From the human T2T-CHM13v2.0 reference genome, Homo sapiens: a stretch of 64,000 nt of DNA. The translations under genes were made by a program, and so were the position numbers. Under the pieces are notes generated by a model. It saw only the letters and a program-made list of their open reading frames with translations, was not told the origin of the DNA and searched no databases. Shown piece after piece: positions 38,001 to 52,844 of the stretch. Location of the stretch: the NCBI RefSeq assembly GCF_009914755.1, contig NC_060925.1. One strand, written 5' to 3'. Numbering within the stretch: the stretch's first letter is position 1; each line of letters begins with the position of its first letter.

Positions 38001-39964
38001 AATTTTATGTATTATTAATTTATTTCTCAGAGATAAAGTATGTCACCAAACTTACATATTTCATATTTGTATTGCACATTTACATATGTTAGTTATCCTA
38101 GTTAATTTAAACAACTCTAAAATTCTATTACTCAGTAAATGATCTGAAGCAGATATTTCCTTAATTCAATGATAACTGCTACTTTGTGATCATTATAAAT
38201 TTGATACACATTTGAGGTAATAACTCTAGTGTATCGCTTTTATTTAGTAATGAAAAAATCAGAATGACATTTTAATAAAGATTTTCAAATCCACTTATAT
38301 ATTTAAATGTTCCCAATTAATGGCATTCTTAAATATGTGTAGCACAAATACACAAGCTTTTAGGGTTTCCTTAAGTATGTTAAGGCATAGTTAAAAAAAA
38401 AAAAACTTAGTTATTTTTATTAGACAAAATTGTGTTTCTGAGCCTGGGTGAACTGCTTAAAATTCCATATAAGTTCTACTTCTTTTCAACTGAAAAAACA
38501 TATTCTCCCATAGGGATGTGGTAAGAATAAAATGGAGATAAAGCAAGTACAACATGTAAGTGTTAATAAATCATGACTGTACCATTATTAGAGTATATTA
38601 TTATGGAATGGTGTATATGCTCTATACAAGAAGACAAAAAAGTACTGAAATCATGCAATTACATTCTCAAATTTAAATGTAACACACATTAGTTGAGGAT
38701 CTATAGTTCCTGCTTTTAAGGAATTTATAATTGAGTGATGTAATCAAAAAAAGATGTCAAGGTTCATTTGCATTAAGAAAACAACTAGTGTACATGGTAT
38801 TGTCTAATTGAAATCTGGCCTACCAGCATTTTACAAATGATGGCTTTTGTAACACAGAGAAAATATTAATAAAATCTAATTTAAATTTCTTTAGAGAGCA
38901 GCTTTTTAAAATAATTTTAAAATTATGGAATTAATTATTTGATTGGATCAAGTAGTGCAGTTTAAAGGGTTTATCATATCTGTTTATAAATGGTTAATTA
39001 TCTCTTTGACTCAAAGAGTTTCATTTTAAAGCTCCAGTTGAGACTGTCACTCTCATTCGCCAAATGAGAGACAGATTGCAGTTAGGAATATTCTCATTTG
39101 TTTCAGAATGAAATCCTCTAGCCCATTTTTTCCTTTTTCATCCTTCTTCCTGCAAAGATTTATTTTCTAATTTGTTTCCTCTTTTTCCCATGATTGATCA
39201 TTTAGGGCCTGTTATTTCACATTCATTAAGACCTAGGTGAGTGCAGAGCATACCCTGCAGAGGACATTGAGGAATTTTAGCTCAGTAGCTACTGGTTGAA
39301 GTGGGGTTTATTTTGCCGTTGTTCTGCTGTTGTGGGATTAAGAGGTTTATTTCACTCATCACTTTTCTCTATCTTGTCTGTTAACATGTTGGTAAACTTT
39401 CATAAATGCTTTGAGTATTCCCTGTACCAAGGATTAGGCAGACAGTAAGAGACAATAATTATAAAGCAATGAGATAAGGAATTATTCCCAAGCACGGGCT
39501 GATAAAGCATAGAAGATGGGCTCAACCCACCTGGAGACAAGCTGAGGGGAAGGTATTTTGAAGGACATGACACTTAGGGTCTTAGAAATGAATAGATATT
39601 ACCCAGAAGTGTGAAGTGTATGTGTGTGTTTGTGTGGATATAAGCTGGGGTTGGGAGCAGGGTGGGCTTTTCCGCAAAGTAGAAATGCATGAGCAAAAGG
39701 CACACACAGACATGAAACAGTGTGATGCTTTTGCTGTTTGGTGGAACTGAAACTGGAGAAGTGAGTAGGTATGCATCAGATTATGAAAAGCATTGTATGA
39801 AATGTTGGGATGTATAAATCATGTCATGTATTTTTAGAGAAAGAGAGAAATAGCAGGAACCTACACTCACAAATGCCCAATCCCACCTCCAGAGGTTCAA
39901 CAAAAGTATGTCCAAAAGTTCATGAAAAGAAACATGCCATATTTATTTTTCCTCTATTTATATT

Positions 39965-41079
39965 TATTCCCTAGGTGATTGTGTTTAATCTTATGACCTT
40001 AAATACCATACGTATGGTCTTAACTCCCACATATTCATCTCCAGCCTCACCCTGTTCCCTGAACTCCAAACACATCCAAATGCCTACTTGATATTCCCAA
40101 TCAGATGTCGAATGAAGACCTCAAACTTAAGTCCAATACAGAAATCCCATCACCACCTCCCAAACTGTTCCTCCTACTGTTCTTCTCATCTCATTAAATT
40201 AAAACTCCAACCTTCTAGTTGCTCAAGAAAAAACATTGCCTCTCATCTCCTTACCTGACCTATCAGGATATCTTGCTGGCTCCTTTCTGAAATATAACAA
40301 GAAACCAAAAGTTTCTCACCTCCATTGCTACCAACCCAGTTAGAGCAACTATCATCTCTCACCTAGATTATTCCAGCAGTCTCCCAACTGAGCCCCCTGC
40401 TTGTAGGCTTGCCATTCTAGAGCTGATTCTGCCCACATGGCTCCTCCCAGGGGCTCCCCACCACGCTTAAAGCCCAGAGTCCTTACCATGGCCTGAGACA
40501 ACTCTTGCCTTGGCCCCTGCTACCTCTCTGACCTTATCGCCTTCCCCTCTACGCATTGCTGACTCCACTCCAGCCTCACCAGCCCTCCCTTGCTGTTCCT
40601 CAGACACACCTCTCACACCACTGCTTCCAGACGCATTCACTTGCTATTCTCTCTGCCCAGAGAGTGCTTCCCATCGTGCCTCTTTCTCATTTCTTTCAGA
40701 TCCCTTTTGAAATGTCATCTTATTGTTGACTTCTGGTCCACTCTGTATAAAACAGCAATAGCTCCCTGCACGTGTACGCATGCGCACGGGCACACACACA
40801 CAGATGCACATGGATGCACACGTACAGAGAAAGAAAAGAAACAGCTGACTATCTCCTGTAACCTGCTTTATTTTACCACAGTTTTCACCATCATCTGCCT
40901 GTATATGTATGTGTATGTATACATCTATATCTACACTAGTAGTTTATCTACTGTCTGTTTCTCACCACTAGAATAAAAGTGCCATGTATACTGGCATTTT
41001 GAGCTATTTTGTTTGCTACCAGATCCACAGCTCTTAAAATAATACAATACTCAACAAATACTTGTTAAATGAATGAATG
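39965..41079 (+). mobile_element. L2 (L2a-like) 3' portion
   Basis: aaataccata..atctccagcc..cctactt..ctcaaactta..ctcaacaaatacttgttaaatgaatgaatg terminus. Confidence 0.8.
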
Positions 41080-41080
41080 C

Positions 41081-41359
41081 CGCTGGGTGCGGTGGCTTGT
41101 GCCCATAATCCCAGCACTTTATGAGGCTGCAGTGGGCAGAACACTTGAGCTCAGGAGTTCAAGACCCGGCTGGCCAACATGGCGAAACCCTGTCTCTACA
41201 TAAAAGAGAAAAATTAGTAGGGCATGGTGGTGCACACCTGTAGTCCCAGCTACTCAGGATGTTGAAGTGAGAGGATCGCTTGAGCCCAAGGAGGTGGAAA
41301 TTGCAATGAGCTGAGATTGTGCCACAGCACTTCAGCCTGGGTGACAGAGCAAGACCCTG

Positions 41360-41405
<46 letters not shown>
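41081..41405 (+). mobile_element. AluJ with 43-nt pure poly(A)
   Basis: J-type diagnostics (gagctcaggagttc, gaggatcgcttgagccc, agaccctgtct); aatgaatg flanks. Confidence 0.88.
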
Positions 41406-41407
<2 letters not shown>

Positions 41408-44400
41408 AATGTGAGGTTCCATCCCAAATGGATACTCTGGGTTCCTTCTGCCTCTATCCTCCTACCTCCTACGCTTGCATCTCCAACTTATAAGCTTTCT
41501 AACAGCAAAAACCAAGTTTCATTCATCATTCATTCTTCATCTGTATATCTCAAGCATCCGGCACAGTCTCTGGTATATCTTGCCATTCAAAAAGAGACAA
41601 AAGTGGTTTCACTGAGGCATATACACTTCTGAAACACAGTAGCAATACGGTCTTCATTACTTTAGCCAGAAATAACTTCTTTATCTTTTAAACCCACTCC
41701 CTAATCACAACTCTCTCTCTCTCTAGCTTACCATTCTAATGATGAGGACAGCATGACTCAAGGCAATCCATGCAGGAAGATGAATCATAGTCTCTTGCCC
41801 AACACAGCAGCCCAAAGCCCACTTCTTCTCCTCCATCACATGAGGCATGATTCTGCAAGGGGACCAGAGGTAGATTTACTGTGAGGCTAACGAAGTTTAA
41901 GTAAGAGGGCTCCTCAATTTCAGACATCTTCTAAAGCTCCATGCTTAACCATTTATCCACAATTACTAAATCTACTCATCTTAAAACTCTAAAAACCTGG
42001 TTGAAGTGGGAATTTTCCTAATACAAACTGAAAAAAGCAAATGTCACCCATCCTGCTTTGGAAGGTGCCTGTACTTGTCACCTTCTGACCTCTTACCTGC
42101 TTGGCCATATCTGTGTTCATCCTTCTACTTCAATTCTACCTTGTTTAGAAAGGTCTGACCTTGACATTTTCTAAATTTAGATTGGTTTTCATCTCTTTTC
42201 TTATGATTACACATAATAATTCTCATTTTCATTTTTCTTCAGAACTAGTTAACAAGTTTATTTCTTGAAGATTTTGCTTCATACAATAATCAGATAATTT
42301 TTATTCTGCCAGGTTTCCTTGTGATTCATTTTTCTCATTCACTGAGTCATAGCAAGTTTCATACTATTGTTTTCTTTTCCTCCTTCTACATTTCTTTTTC
42401 TAATGTATAGGCTCAACCGTCAACTTCTCTCAGTGGAATCTCTGATTTATGGAGGAGGCTACCGTTTGTCAGCTTTATCGTTCTTTCTCTGGACTGCTAT
42501 TCACTGTTACGTTTCCTTTCAAGGCCTGACACAGCACTTGACATTAGAGGCGCAAGATGAATAAATGAAATGTAAATCTAAGGGAAGTTACCTTTGAATG
42601 GCATATGGTGCCTGCTCCCAGAAGGAGTTAAAAGCTGCCTGTTCATTCATAAATTCAGAATCCCTAAATTGTATTATTCATAGACTCACCCGTAACATAA
42701 AGTTGGTATAAATTTAACATGTATAGAGTGAAAGTTAGAACCTGGCTTGCCCTGTGGACTTCATCTAGAGTCAAGAAACTCAGGGGATTCTCAGTTTCTT
42801 TAAAAGATTTTTAAAAAGAAGAACTTCAGGTCTTCAGAGTAAAGAGCACTTAAATTTATAAGGTTACACATTCAGTCAGCCAGGATTTTATTTATTGATG
42901 TCCAAGGCTTAACAGGAATGAATCAAATGCCCTGACATCTAAAATGTGGGATTTCTGGTTGTCTCAGCATTTTACATCCCTATAAACTTCCTTCTAGAAC
43001 ATGATCTGTATTTTAACCAACTGATTTTTGTAGAATTTCAGGAGGGAAAAATGGTTTTACCTTAATAACTTACAAATCAATACAAAGAACTTCACATAGA
43101 GCTATTTTCACAATTTTCTCTGAAAGAGCCCGTGTTTAATATATGCATAACACATTTCCTCGTGCTAAGTAGAATGCTACATTCACGCTGTTCCATATTT
43201 CCTTGCCAGTCCTTTTCCACAGAGCCTCTAATTTGCTCAGAAATCAATGAAATAATAGACACAAATGAATGAGAGAGCCACTTCTCTCTGGGTCTTCTTT
43301 CCAACTGGGCCTGGGCCTAACATAAGGGAGTGACATCCTTTCTCACCAAGACACTTGAGATTTTTTTTTTCTCCTTTCACTTCTGACTTAAAATTCTTAT
43401 CATTGAGAGTCTTGTCTGGGTCAGAGTGGGGCAGGTACTACCAACAACAGGGCTTTGAGCCTGAGGTCTACTTTTTGCATTAAAAAGGGATATTAGTCAG
43501 AGTGAGGGAGAACTTAAAGTCATATTAACACCAAACTGGAATTTTCTCTTTGATTTACCCAAAAGAGTAGAAGAGACTTAAAAAGGGAATACTTCTCTCC
43601 ATATAATATCTGTATTGTTCAATTATGTGTCCATTAATTATTAAATATTCTTTACCAGAAACAAAAAATGGCCTTTATAGTTACCCCCAATTTTCCTGAT
43701 AATGTGAATTACTTTTTCAAAGAGCAAATGAAGAGACAGACTTCCTTTTTTAAAGGAAAGCAAAAGTGTCACCCCCATAAATATCGAAGGGCAGGGGAGG
43801 GGAGGTTCTTGGGCTGTGGTTGATGAAGAGGCAGGGCACAATGAGCAGGCATGGGGTCCAGGGAGCAGAAGCAATGAAAAGACCAAAATGGGAAGAAGAA
43901 TCTTATATCTCACTCTGCAGGGCCATGTGCTGAGCCACCTGTGAGTGGAGTGACGGTAGGCTGTTGGGGAATAGGGATCCCAAGGTAGACACCTAGAGGT
44001 CAGAGCATCCTGGTGGTGGAAAGACTTGGATATGAAAAGATGCCCATCTTCATGGGAGAGAACAAGAAACAGCAGCAATCAAGACAACTTCTAATTCATT
44101 CCCTACTCTCAACTATTCATTTCTTAACTCTCAGTCATCTTTGCATACCCTAGATGCCTCAATAACTCCCTTTCTGATGGCCTGTGTTACATAGCATGGA
44201 CGAGGAAACCCTAGATTTTGTATTTCTCTACTCCATTCCAGGAAACCTCCTGAGAATATAGAAATGATTAGTGACTATCATTTTTTTACATCCTCCTTTA
44301 CACAGCATTATCCTATACACATTATCCTAGACACAGCATTATCCTATACACAGTATCCAAACAATACAGAACCTCCCTAACCCCACCCTACAAGATTACT

Positions 44401-46849
44401 GTAGACTTCCTTTAGGGGGAAAAAACCGTGGAGACAAATTTAGCCAAGCTACTACTCTGTGACAATCAAACACAAGTTGATGAAGTTTTCACATAAAGGA
44501 AACCAGCAGTTTGCCCAATGTCTAAAGTTTGGAGATGAAGAACAGAACTTAAAACTGGGACCTAGAGCTGCAGGAAGGAAGCAGGAACAAAATTTTAACC
44601 GAGTTAGAAGGTTTATTGAGACCTCTAGGCATCAGTTAGTCTTTTATCTTATCTAGGACTGTGTTTAGGATACAATTCAGCCATCTGGGGGTTGCTTCAA
44701 TGAGCTTTGCACTCCAACACCTAAAGAAAAAAAATACCGGCTACTATTTGGAAGTCTTATTTGAGCACTCTTTAAAATTCTTTCCAAAATTAATGAGGGC
44801 ATATAGTACATAAAGATGCACACAGGGAGGCAGGCAGCATCGGGAGACAACTGAGCATCTCACATAAATGCAGCTGCTAAACAAGTTCATGACATGCATA
44901 AAAATGGCAATAGGGTTATACCTGCGGGAACACCTCAGAGGGGCTTTAAACCCTTGAGCAAAATTTAAAAATTTTGCCTCAGACTTTCTGGTCTCTTGTA
45001 ATATTAAACCAACTATTTGTGCCTGCATAAACAGTTCATTTCATTTTTCTCTTTAATTATATATTGTGACTGCTGAATATTAATCTCACCCTTTTTAAAA
45101 GGAAAATGTATATTTTTGTCTGTCATTCAGAGTTTTCATAAATCTTCAAGTTTGAAGCAGATTCATCCAATAATGCGTCACTAGCCCAGCTACCTCTGGT
45201 TGCCAACAGTCTATATGAATAGGAGGCAGAATGAGAACAAGGAGACCTTGAACTCATTAAATGGTTTATGAATGGTTCCCATTTCCAGAAAAAGTATAAA
45301 TTTGTTTTCCAGATCCACTCTCTCTCTCTACATGTGTCCATGATGAGAGAGGCAGGCATTCTTTTATCTTACGGAGATTTTTGTTTTATAGAAGACATAA
45401 AAAACAGAAGACAATTTGTAACAATGAATTTAATGCTTCCAATATTAAGCTACAGTATAAATTCCTGCATTAATCTAAAACCATCTAAAAATTAATGCAA
45501 CTATGAAGATAGCTATGACAACGTCCTATACTAACTCATGCCTGACCAGAAGTTATCCAAACATGTAATGAAGCAGTTTTTTCTGTCCATTTATAACTCA
45601 ATAATTTACTTTTTCATTTAGAGTACACTTATGTCTGTTGAGTTCAGCTACCTTTTAGCCAACAAGTTTACCCTCCTTTTTCACCATGGCTACATATAGA
45701 AATACTACCTGCCTCCAGACCCAGCAAAGATGGAAAGAAGGATGAGGGATGCAGCAAGAAAATACTCTATGAGAGCACACAAAAAGAGGTAAGTTTGTAG
45801 AGTACCGCAGAGTCAGACAGTTAGGCATGACAGAAAGAATGGTTTAAAGACATAACTTTGGCTTTGGACCCAAGCCATAAATCAGGAAAGAAGAAAACTC
45901 ATCTCCTATAACTTAGAATATGCAGACCACTTTTCAAATGCATGGTCAAGTTCTTTGCCAGTCTTTAAGCATTTGCAGACATAGCGCTTTCATGACTAAC
46001 AAATGGTTTGTATAATTAAAACTGTTTTTTGAAAGCCCTCTGAATTTCAGAGCACACAGAATTATCCTTCACATAGTACTGCATCAGAACAATTAGGTAG
46101 AATCAGGCTGCATGTCAGTGCACAGATCATTTGTTTTATGATTAACTTAATTCACCATAATATTTACTTCCACTACTTACTCCCAAACAATATTGATCTG
46201 CTCTTTCCCAAAGCAGGTTATCCTGGTCTGGATCAAACCTGTCTCTGCTAGTAACAGTTTCTCTAGGAGACAGTTCTATTTTAAATGTTTCATAGGCCAT
46301 CTAGTTATTTGTTCATTGTTAGGGATGGTGGGAGAGCTATAATAGACAAGCAGCCTCAGCTGGCCACTGGATGTAAGACTAGATCTGGCATTATTAAAAG
46401 GATAGACGGTATATTCTATGCCCTATGGAAAATAGTTTGATAATACATCTTGACCCAGAACTTATTAAAAAATCCATTACCTTTTTAATTCAAGTTCATA
46501 ATACCCTTTGGAATTTCAATTTAGGCATTTCTTACCAAAATAGTAGGTAGCTTTATTACTGAACATGGGAGATAGAGTCTCTCATATTGACAACTCTCTT
46601 ACATGAGGGTTATTAATTTATTACTGACAAACTCATGTTCTTACTCTTAAAAAAAAAAAAAGAGGGGGGTTGCACATCTTTGCCTTCCAAGATCTTAGAT
46701 CGACTCTGCCACTGCCTTGTGTTAATCTTACGGTGGTGCACCAATTCTATTTATTGGGCTGTTAATCTTCACCTAACAAGACCTGGCCCAATCCCTAGGA
46801 TTGCTCATGAAATCCGCACCCTGAGGCCAGTTTGCTTTAAAAACAAGTA

Positions 46850-47570
46850 CAAACGCACCGAGAAGGGATAGCGTTATACACTCAATTTGGACGACTACAT
46901 CCCATTTGCAAAATCAAAGATCTTGTGAGGCCATGGGAAATCCAACCTCGGCCTCTTATCCTGCATCAGAAGCGCTGGTCAGGAACCCGACACCTGCTCC
47001 CCTCCTTCCGACACACTTGCAAGACAAACACATGCTCCATTAAAAATAACACCACTCTATTCTGGCATGTTTTCTTCCCAGGCGCCTTGCTTTAAAATGT
47101 GCTTGAGTTTGTCGCGGCGGGCGGGTGAGGATCTCCAGTTACTGCGCTGCAATGAGCTCCCAGAAGACAGACGGGCGCACTGGCCGCTGCGTGCCACCAC
47201 TCAGCACTTCTCTCGCCTTCTGAGGCCTTCTTCCCCCCAGTAGCAGGTCCTCGTGCCTTTTAGGTTCCTTCTTTGATATGCTAGCACAACGGAAAGCAGT
47301 GGGAGGCAATGCTGCACCTTGCCCCGTACTGGGAACTCCCTAGAGAACGCGGTGTTTGGTTGCAGGCCTTTCCAAACTGATTCTCTAGCATTCCTTTAAA
47401 ATCATCTGCTAGCAGAAATTTGTCTGACCATTGGGTGTTTCAATAATTGCTCTAGCTGACCTGGGAACTGGGGAATCTGGTAAAGAGACACAGCGTGACA
47501 ACACAGCGTTTGCTGATTATTTCACGCTAATTTGGACCATAAATTCCTCGAATGGATCCAGTCGGCCAAC
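46850..47570. promoter_or_regulatory. CpG-enriched promoter/enhancer-like patch
   Basis: Local CpG retention (gtcgcggcgggcggg, acgggcgcactggccgctgcg, gaacgcgg) in otherwise CpG-depleted, non-repeat DNA; GC-box GGGCGG at ~47119. Confidence 0.55.
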
Positions 47571-48007
47571 ACATGATTTTTAGCACAGGCTGAGATTCTT
47601 CAAAGGGCTTCCATATATCACAATGTATTGCTATTAAGAAAGGATCAAAACAGCAGGTACATCTCTATGGGAATTTAGTAAATACGTAAATTATTATTTA
47701 AATCACTGTAGCTGGCTGTAGGAGGAAAAAAATCAGTTTGTATCTTATAGATACAATGTAAGCCTCACTTTCATTTCTGGTTTTTTATTTTTATTTTTTC
47801 TGAATGGTCGGGTCGCTTTTCTTGATGTTTTAGCACGCCTTTCTCAGGAGAGTTACATTAAAGAGACTCTGTCCACCAAAATTTCCATTTGGCATGAGTA
47901 CCCTAGAGAAAGGATCAATGTCTTTTGGTGAAGAAGGGAGTGCTTTAAACTATTAGCACTTAGAAATACATCCGCTTATCTTAACCATTCATCATTAAAA
48001 TGGTTGA

Positions 48008-48405
<398 letters not shown>

Positions 48406-49309
48406 AAGAATGTGGTTTTCAACAAGTTTTTGGCCTTCTCCTTTTTCTCACCCTACAGTGTCCTTTTGGTGTTATAGAAGTGCTATCACCTATTCCTCTT
48501 CCAAGAAAAATGCCTTAAAAAAATGGGATTATTTATGCTTTCCCATTATTAATTTAGAGGACAAGATAGAAACATTCCAGTAGCTACAGAGAAGGTCAGA
48601 AATAGGTGAGGTGCATTGGGGGTGAATCTTAAGCCTCTTTAAAGAAGGCTTAAGAAAATATTGAAAGTATGGGAAATGGCATAGGGAAGAGGAAATTGGC
48701 AAGGGCAGGGACACCAAGGGTGGGCTGGGGTGATGAGTTAGGAAAGATGGGAGAGGTTCCAGAACTGGGAGGCCAGCCTTCGTTATTAAGTAAATATGTA
48801 AGACTAACACTACAGTATAAGAGACAAAAAGCTTCTTTGACTTTAGATATCTTTGGCTTTCAAATGTAATGTGTATGTTTTAAGATTCAGAAAGCTGATT
48901 AAAAGGTAAATAACCATCATTGAATATAATGCTTTGTTTAAAAAATGAACTCTTGTTTTACCAATATAGCTGATCAACATAAACAGCGAAACTGGTAATT
49001 GGTAAATGCTGTGAAAGTCAGAAATACTCATATATTGACAAAGAATATTGGAAAAGGAAAATATAATCTGAAGCTATTTCGTTAGCATATTTTCAAAAAG
49101 CATTCAACAATACCAGGTCTTCTGACAAGCTCAATCAAAATATTCCCATCAGAGTAGTGATTTCTTGTAAGTCCTGCTATTGAAGGCAGTATTCTAGGGT
49201 CTTCTGCAGCCATAATTCACAGCACTGGTCCCCAGTCCCTGCATATCCTGATGCTCGGAGAATCATGGTATAGGAGATTATTCATGAAGTGGTTAAAAGG
49301 ATAGCAATA

Positions 49310-49575
49310 GCAATAGCTAACACTTGTATGATATTACTGTGGACCAGGAGGTTGTTCAAGCATTTCATGTATATTACTTCATGCACTCCCAGACCCTGCC
49401 AACAACTCTATTAGGTATATACTTTTATCGTCCCCATTTTCTGGATAAGGAGATGAGCCTCCAATAGCTTAAGGGGCTTGCCCATGTTCACACAAGTAGT
49501 TAAGTACCAAAGCTGGGATTCAAACCCAGGAATGCTGGCTGTAGAATCCGTGGTCTTTCCCACTATCCTATGTTG
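49310..49575 (-). mobile_element. MIR SINE
   Basis: aatagctaacactt..tccccattttctggataaggag..gggattcaaacccagg. Confidence 0.75.
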
Positions 49576-50369
49576 CTTTTCAAATTTGGCATAACCTTTA
49601 AATGTAGCAATTTGTCTTTAGAAGCTAAAGAATCATGAAGATGGTATTTTTGGTCCCATTGACTTGTCCACAATGCTATTTTTATCAAAATTAAAATTAT
49701 ATAGTGCATTGGCAAATATTTACTAAGCATTAATGAAAAGTCATATTGCTAATGTTTTCTCTAAAATAAATGTTAAGTACTGTATAAAATGTATGTAAGG
49801 TGAGTTAACCCATACAACCAATGTATGAGCTAAAGTAAATTAAGTGATGTTTTATTCATTTTTGGGGTCAATATGCACTGCTGTATATTTTACCAAAATT
49901 ATTAGGGGAATGGAAAAGAAAATAGAAAAGCAAATTTATCTTTATACTAATGTAACATTATGTTTTCCTCTTTCCTGTAATCAAATCTAAGGTTATGTAT
50001 GAAGCATTCACCATACTTTATAATCAATGTCTTTATTGATCCTCAAAACTATTGTAATATATAGCTTATAGGAAATTTACATCACAGAAGGCTATAAACA
50101 CTGCAGCCCAGGTTTCTGGGAAGGTGAATGGTCATCTGGAATAAGTAATGCTGCTTGCCTCCGTGTTACTGTCACAATAATAGTAATAAAAACTAATAAT
50201 AATATCAATAAATGTGTTTTTATTACTATTTGTCAAGCATTATGCAGATATTATTTCATTTCATCCTGATAACCACCTTACCTGGTAGGTGCTGTTATTA
50301 TCCCCATTTTTTATATAAAGGATTTTATTCAAAATCAAACAGATAATAAATGGCAAAGGCAGATTTGGG

Positions 50370-50680
50370 GGTTTTGTCTGTTTGTTGTTGTTGTTTTGGG
50401 ATGGGGGTCTCACTCTCGTCACCCAGGCTGGAGTGCAGTGGCACTATCGGCTCACTTCAGCCTCCATCTCCCTGGGCTCAGGAGATCCGCCCACTTCAGC
50501 CTCCCAAGTAGCTGGGACTACAGACGCACACCACCAAGCCTGGCTAATTTTTGTATTTTTTGTAGAGATGGGGTTACTCCATGTTGCCCAAGCTGGTCTC
50601 AAACTCCTGAGTTCAAGCAATCTGCCCTCCTTGGCCTCCCAGAGTGCTGGGATTACAAGCATGAGCCATCGCACTCGCAG
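50370..50680 (-). mobile_element. AluJ-like, inserted in a MIR
   Basis: gggtctcactct..ctcctgagttcaagcaatc; (TTG)n tail. Confidence 0.88.
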
Positions 50681-51355
50681 AGGTCGATTCTAAATGAGGA
50701 AATTCGACTGGGAAGTAGAGAGATTCACCCCTAAAGTCTACTGGGTAGTACATGATGTGAACTTTGACACTGACTGAACTGTGTTAGAATTGTGGCTCTA
50801 CTTCCTATTAGCCGGTAACCTCAGACAAATCTCTGAGTCTCCATTTCCTAATTTATAAAATGAAGATCATATTACAGTGTTGTTATAAGGATTAAATTTA
50901 AAAGCAGAGTCTATGACACCTATGATAGTAAACAAAACTATCTACCCTTTATTGAATGCTTATTGTATCTAGACTTTATGCTAAGTATTTTATAAATGTT
51001 ATTTATTTAATCTTCCAATAACTCCATCAGACAGGTTTTATTACTCCCAGTTTATAAGAAACAGATTTAGAGAATCTATGCAATCAGTCCAAGTGACACA
51101 GACAGTGAGACATAGAGTGGAAAAGTGAATCCTGATCCACACATTGCTCATGATCCACATTGCTCACATGGCACTGGGTCAGTCCACCAGGTAATACGGA
51201 GTTCATGCTCTTTCACAAGACTGCAGAAACTGATACTGGGAACCAGTATCACTGATGTAAATCACTAGTCAAAACTGAGATTTGCCTGAGTTCAATATAC
51301 TTTGTAGTTCACATAAATATTTCAGTATAAATATGACTATCTCCTCTCTGTCCAC

Positions 51356-52822
51356 TGTTGGAGGGTCTCTCATGTTTCTGCACATCTTGCAAGCAGAGCC
51401 ACTACAATCTTTTCAGAACAGTGAATAGGTCAGTCAGGCAAGAAGCAAGCAGGAATTGTACAGGGAGTTCTCCTGGAGGGGCCACAAGAGAGAAGGGTTA
51501 GCCAGGTCATCCTTAATCAGAAAGGCGATCAGCACCACGAAAGCCCCAGCGGCCATTGGGCCCTACAGTCAAGCTGTGTTAGTCAGGACAAACTTACATT
51601 TCAGGACAGATAAGCATGAACCCTTTAAGTGGACAGCTTGTGCCAAGAGGGCTTGTTTAGCAAAAGAAGCTAAGCAAGAACATGAGTAAAATTCTGAAAG
51701 CTGCAGGCTGTGACTTCACTAATGCAGTAAAAACAACTGTTTTGTTGGCTGACATAAATGACTTCCCTACTGTCAATGAAATCTACAAACAGTACTTCAA
51801 GAGTAGTTTTCCTGCAAGTGCTGCTTACCTGGTTGCTGCTTTGCCAAAAGGAGGCCAAGCTGAAATTGAGGAAGTAACTGACCAAGCACCTCTCACAACG
51901 GCATGACTATAAGTGGCCCGGTGTTATTTAGTCTGAAATTTTTCACATCTTGACTTTTACAATTGATATAACATCTTAATTTTTAGAACTGATGAAAATG
52001 TGAGTTTGACTAAAATATCTGAAGTTATTATGGAAATACCATAGAATATGGAGAGCTAAGCACGAGTTGAAGATTAGATGATTAATCCAGTTACTGATGT
52101 AATAAATTATTATTATTTACACCCATATTACTGAATGTAGGAAAGAGATACTCATTACCAAAGAGCGACTCAAATAAATAAAAGGAAAATAATAAGTAGG
52201 AAAGATGAGTTATTTTTTCTAAGAAATAAACGAGCACACCTAATTCAAACTAATTTAATGACATGAAACATTTTGTTCTCATGTCAGATGTGTGACTCTG
52301 CTTTTATTTGGGTAAAATTAAAGTATTTAAATTGGAATGGTAGAGGTCAAGAAGAAAGTGGACCAAAATTGTAGACAGATAATATTTTTCTAATGGAAAT
52401 AAAATAGACATGCAGATTAAAAAAAAACAGTGAATAAAATTTGAAATTAGACACAGTGTCCCCCTCCAGGGCAAAGGGCAGGTTTACTTATAAACAGGAA
52501 GAGAGAATGAGTGTCTCCCTAAAAGTAAAGGACATGCATAGTTACTGCCCATTATAAAACATTAGGGTTCCTTAAGCTTAAAATCACGGTCCTGTAACAT
52601 AACTCACTGCAGATGTAGGTGTTTACTGGCCTGCTTCACATTGCCCTGTGAGTATTGGGGTTCATGGAACCAGCACAAGGAAAATAATGGCTACTTGGCT
52701 ACTGCATGGCTGTTAATAATAAACTATACTTTGTCTCTAATCCAGAGGTCATGAAACTGTAGCTGGCCAATTTGTTAGCTTGCAAGTATGGCAAAATCTC
52801 AGGCTCTTCACAGTTCTTGGCA
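51356..52822 (+). mobile_element. ERVL solo LTR (LTR40-like), split by the RIDA retrocopy
   Basis: tgttggagggtctctcatgtttctgcacatcttgcaagcagag.. and ..gtgtccccctccagggcaaagggcaggttt..aaaatctcaggctcttcacagttcttggca. Confidence 0.65.
51428..52425 (+). pseudogene. RIDA: Processed pseudogene of RIDA (HRSP12/UK114; RidA/YjgF imine deaminase)
   Basis: Intronless [76 protein letters not shown] (CDS remnant 51504-51912). ATG mutated to AGG, frameshifts, premature TGA. 3' UTR, AATAAA 52398-52403, poly(A), 11-bp TSD aacagtgaata (51417-51427 / 52426-52436). Confidence 0.95.
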
Positions 52823-52844
52823 ACCTTCTCCCTACCTCAACACA

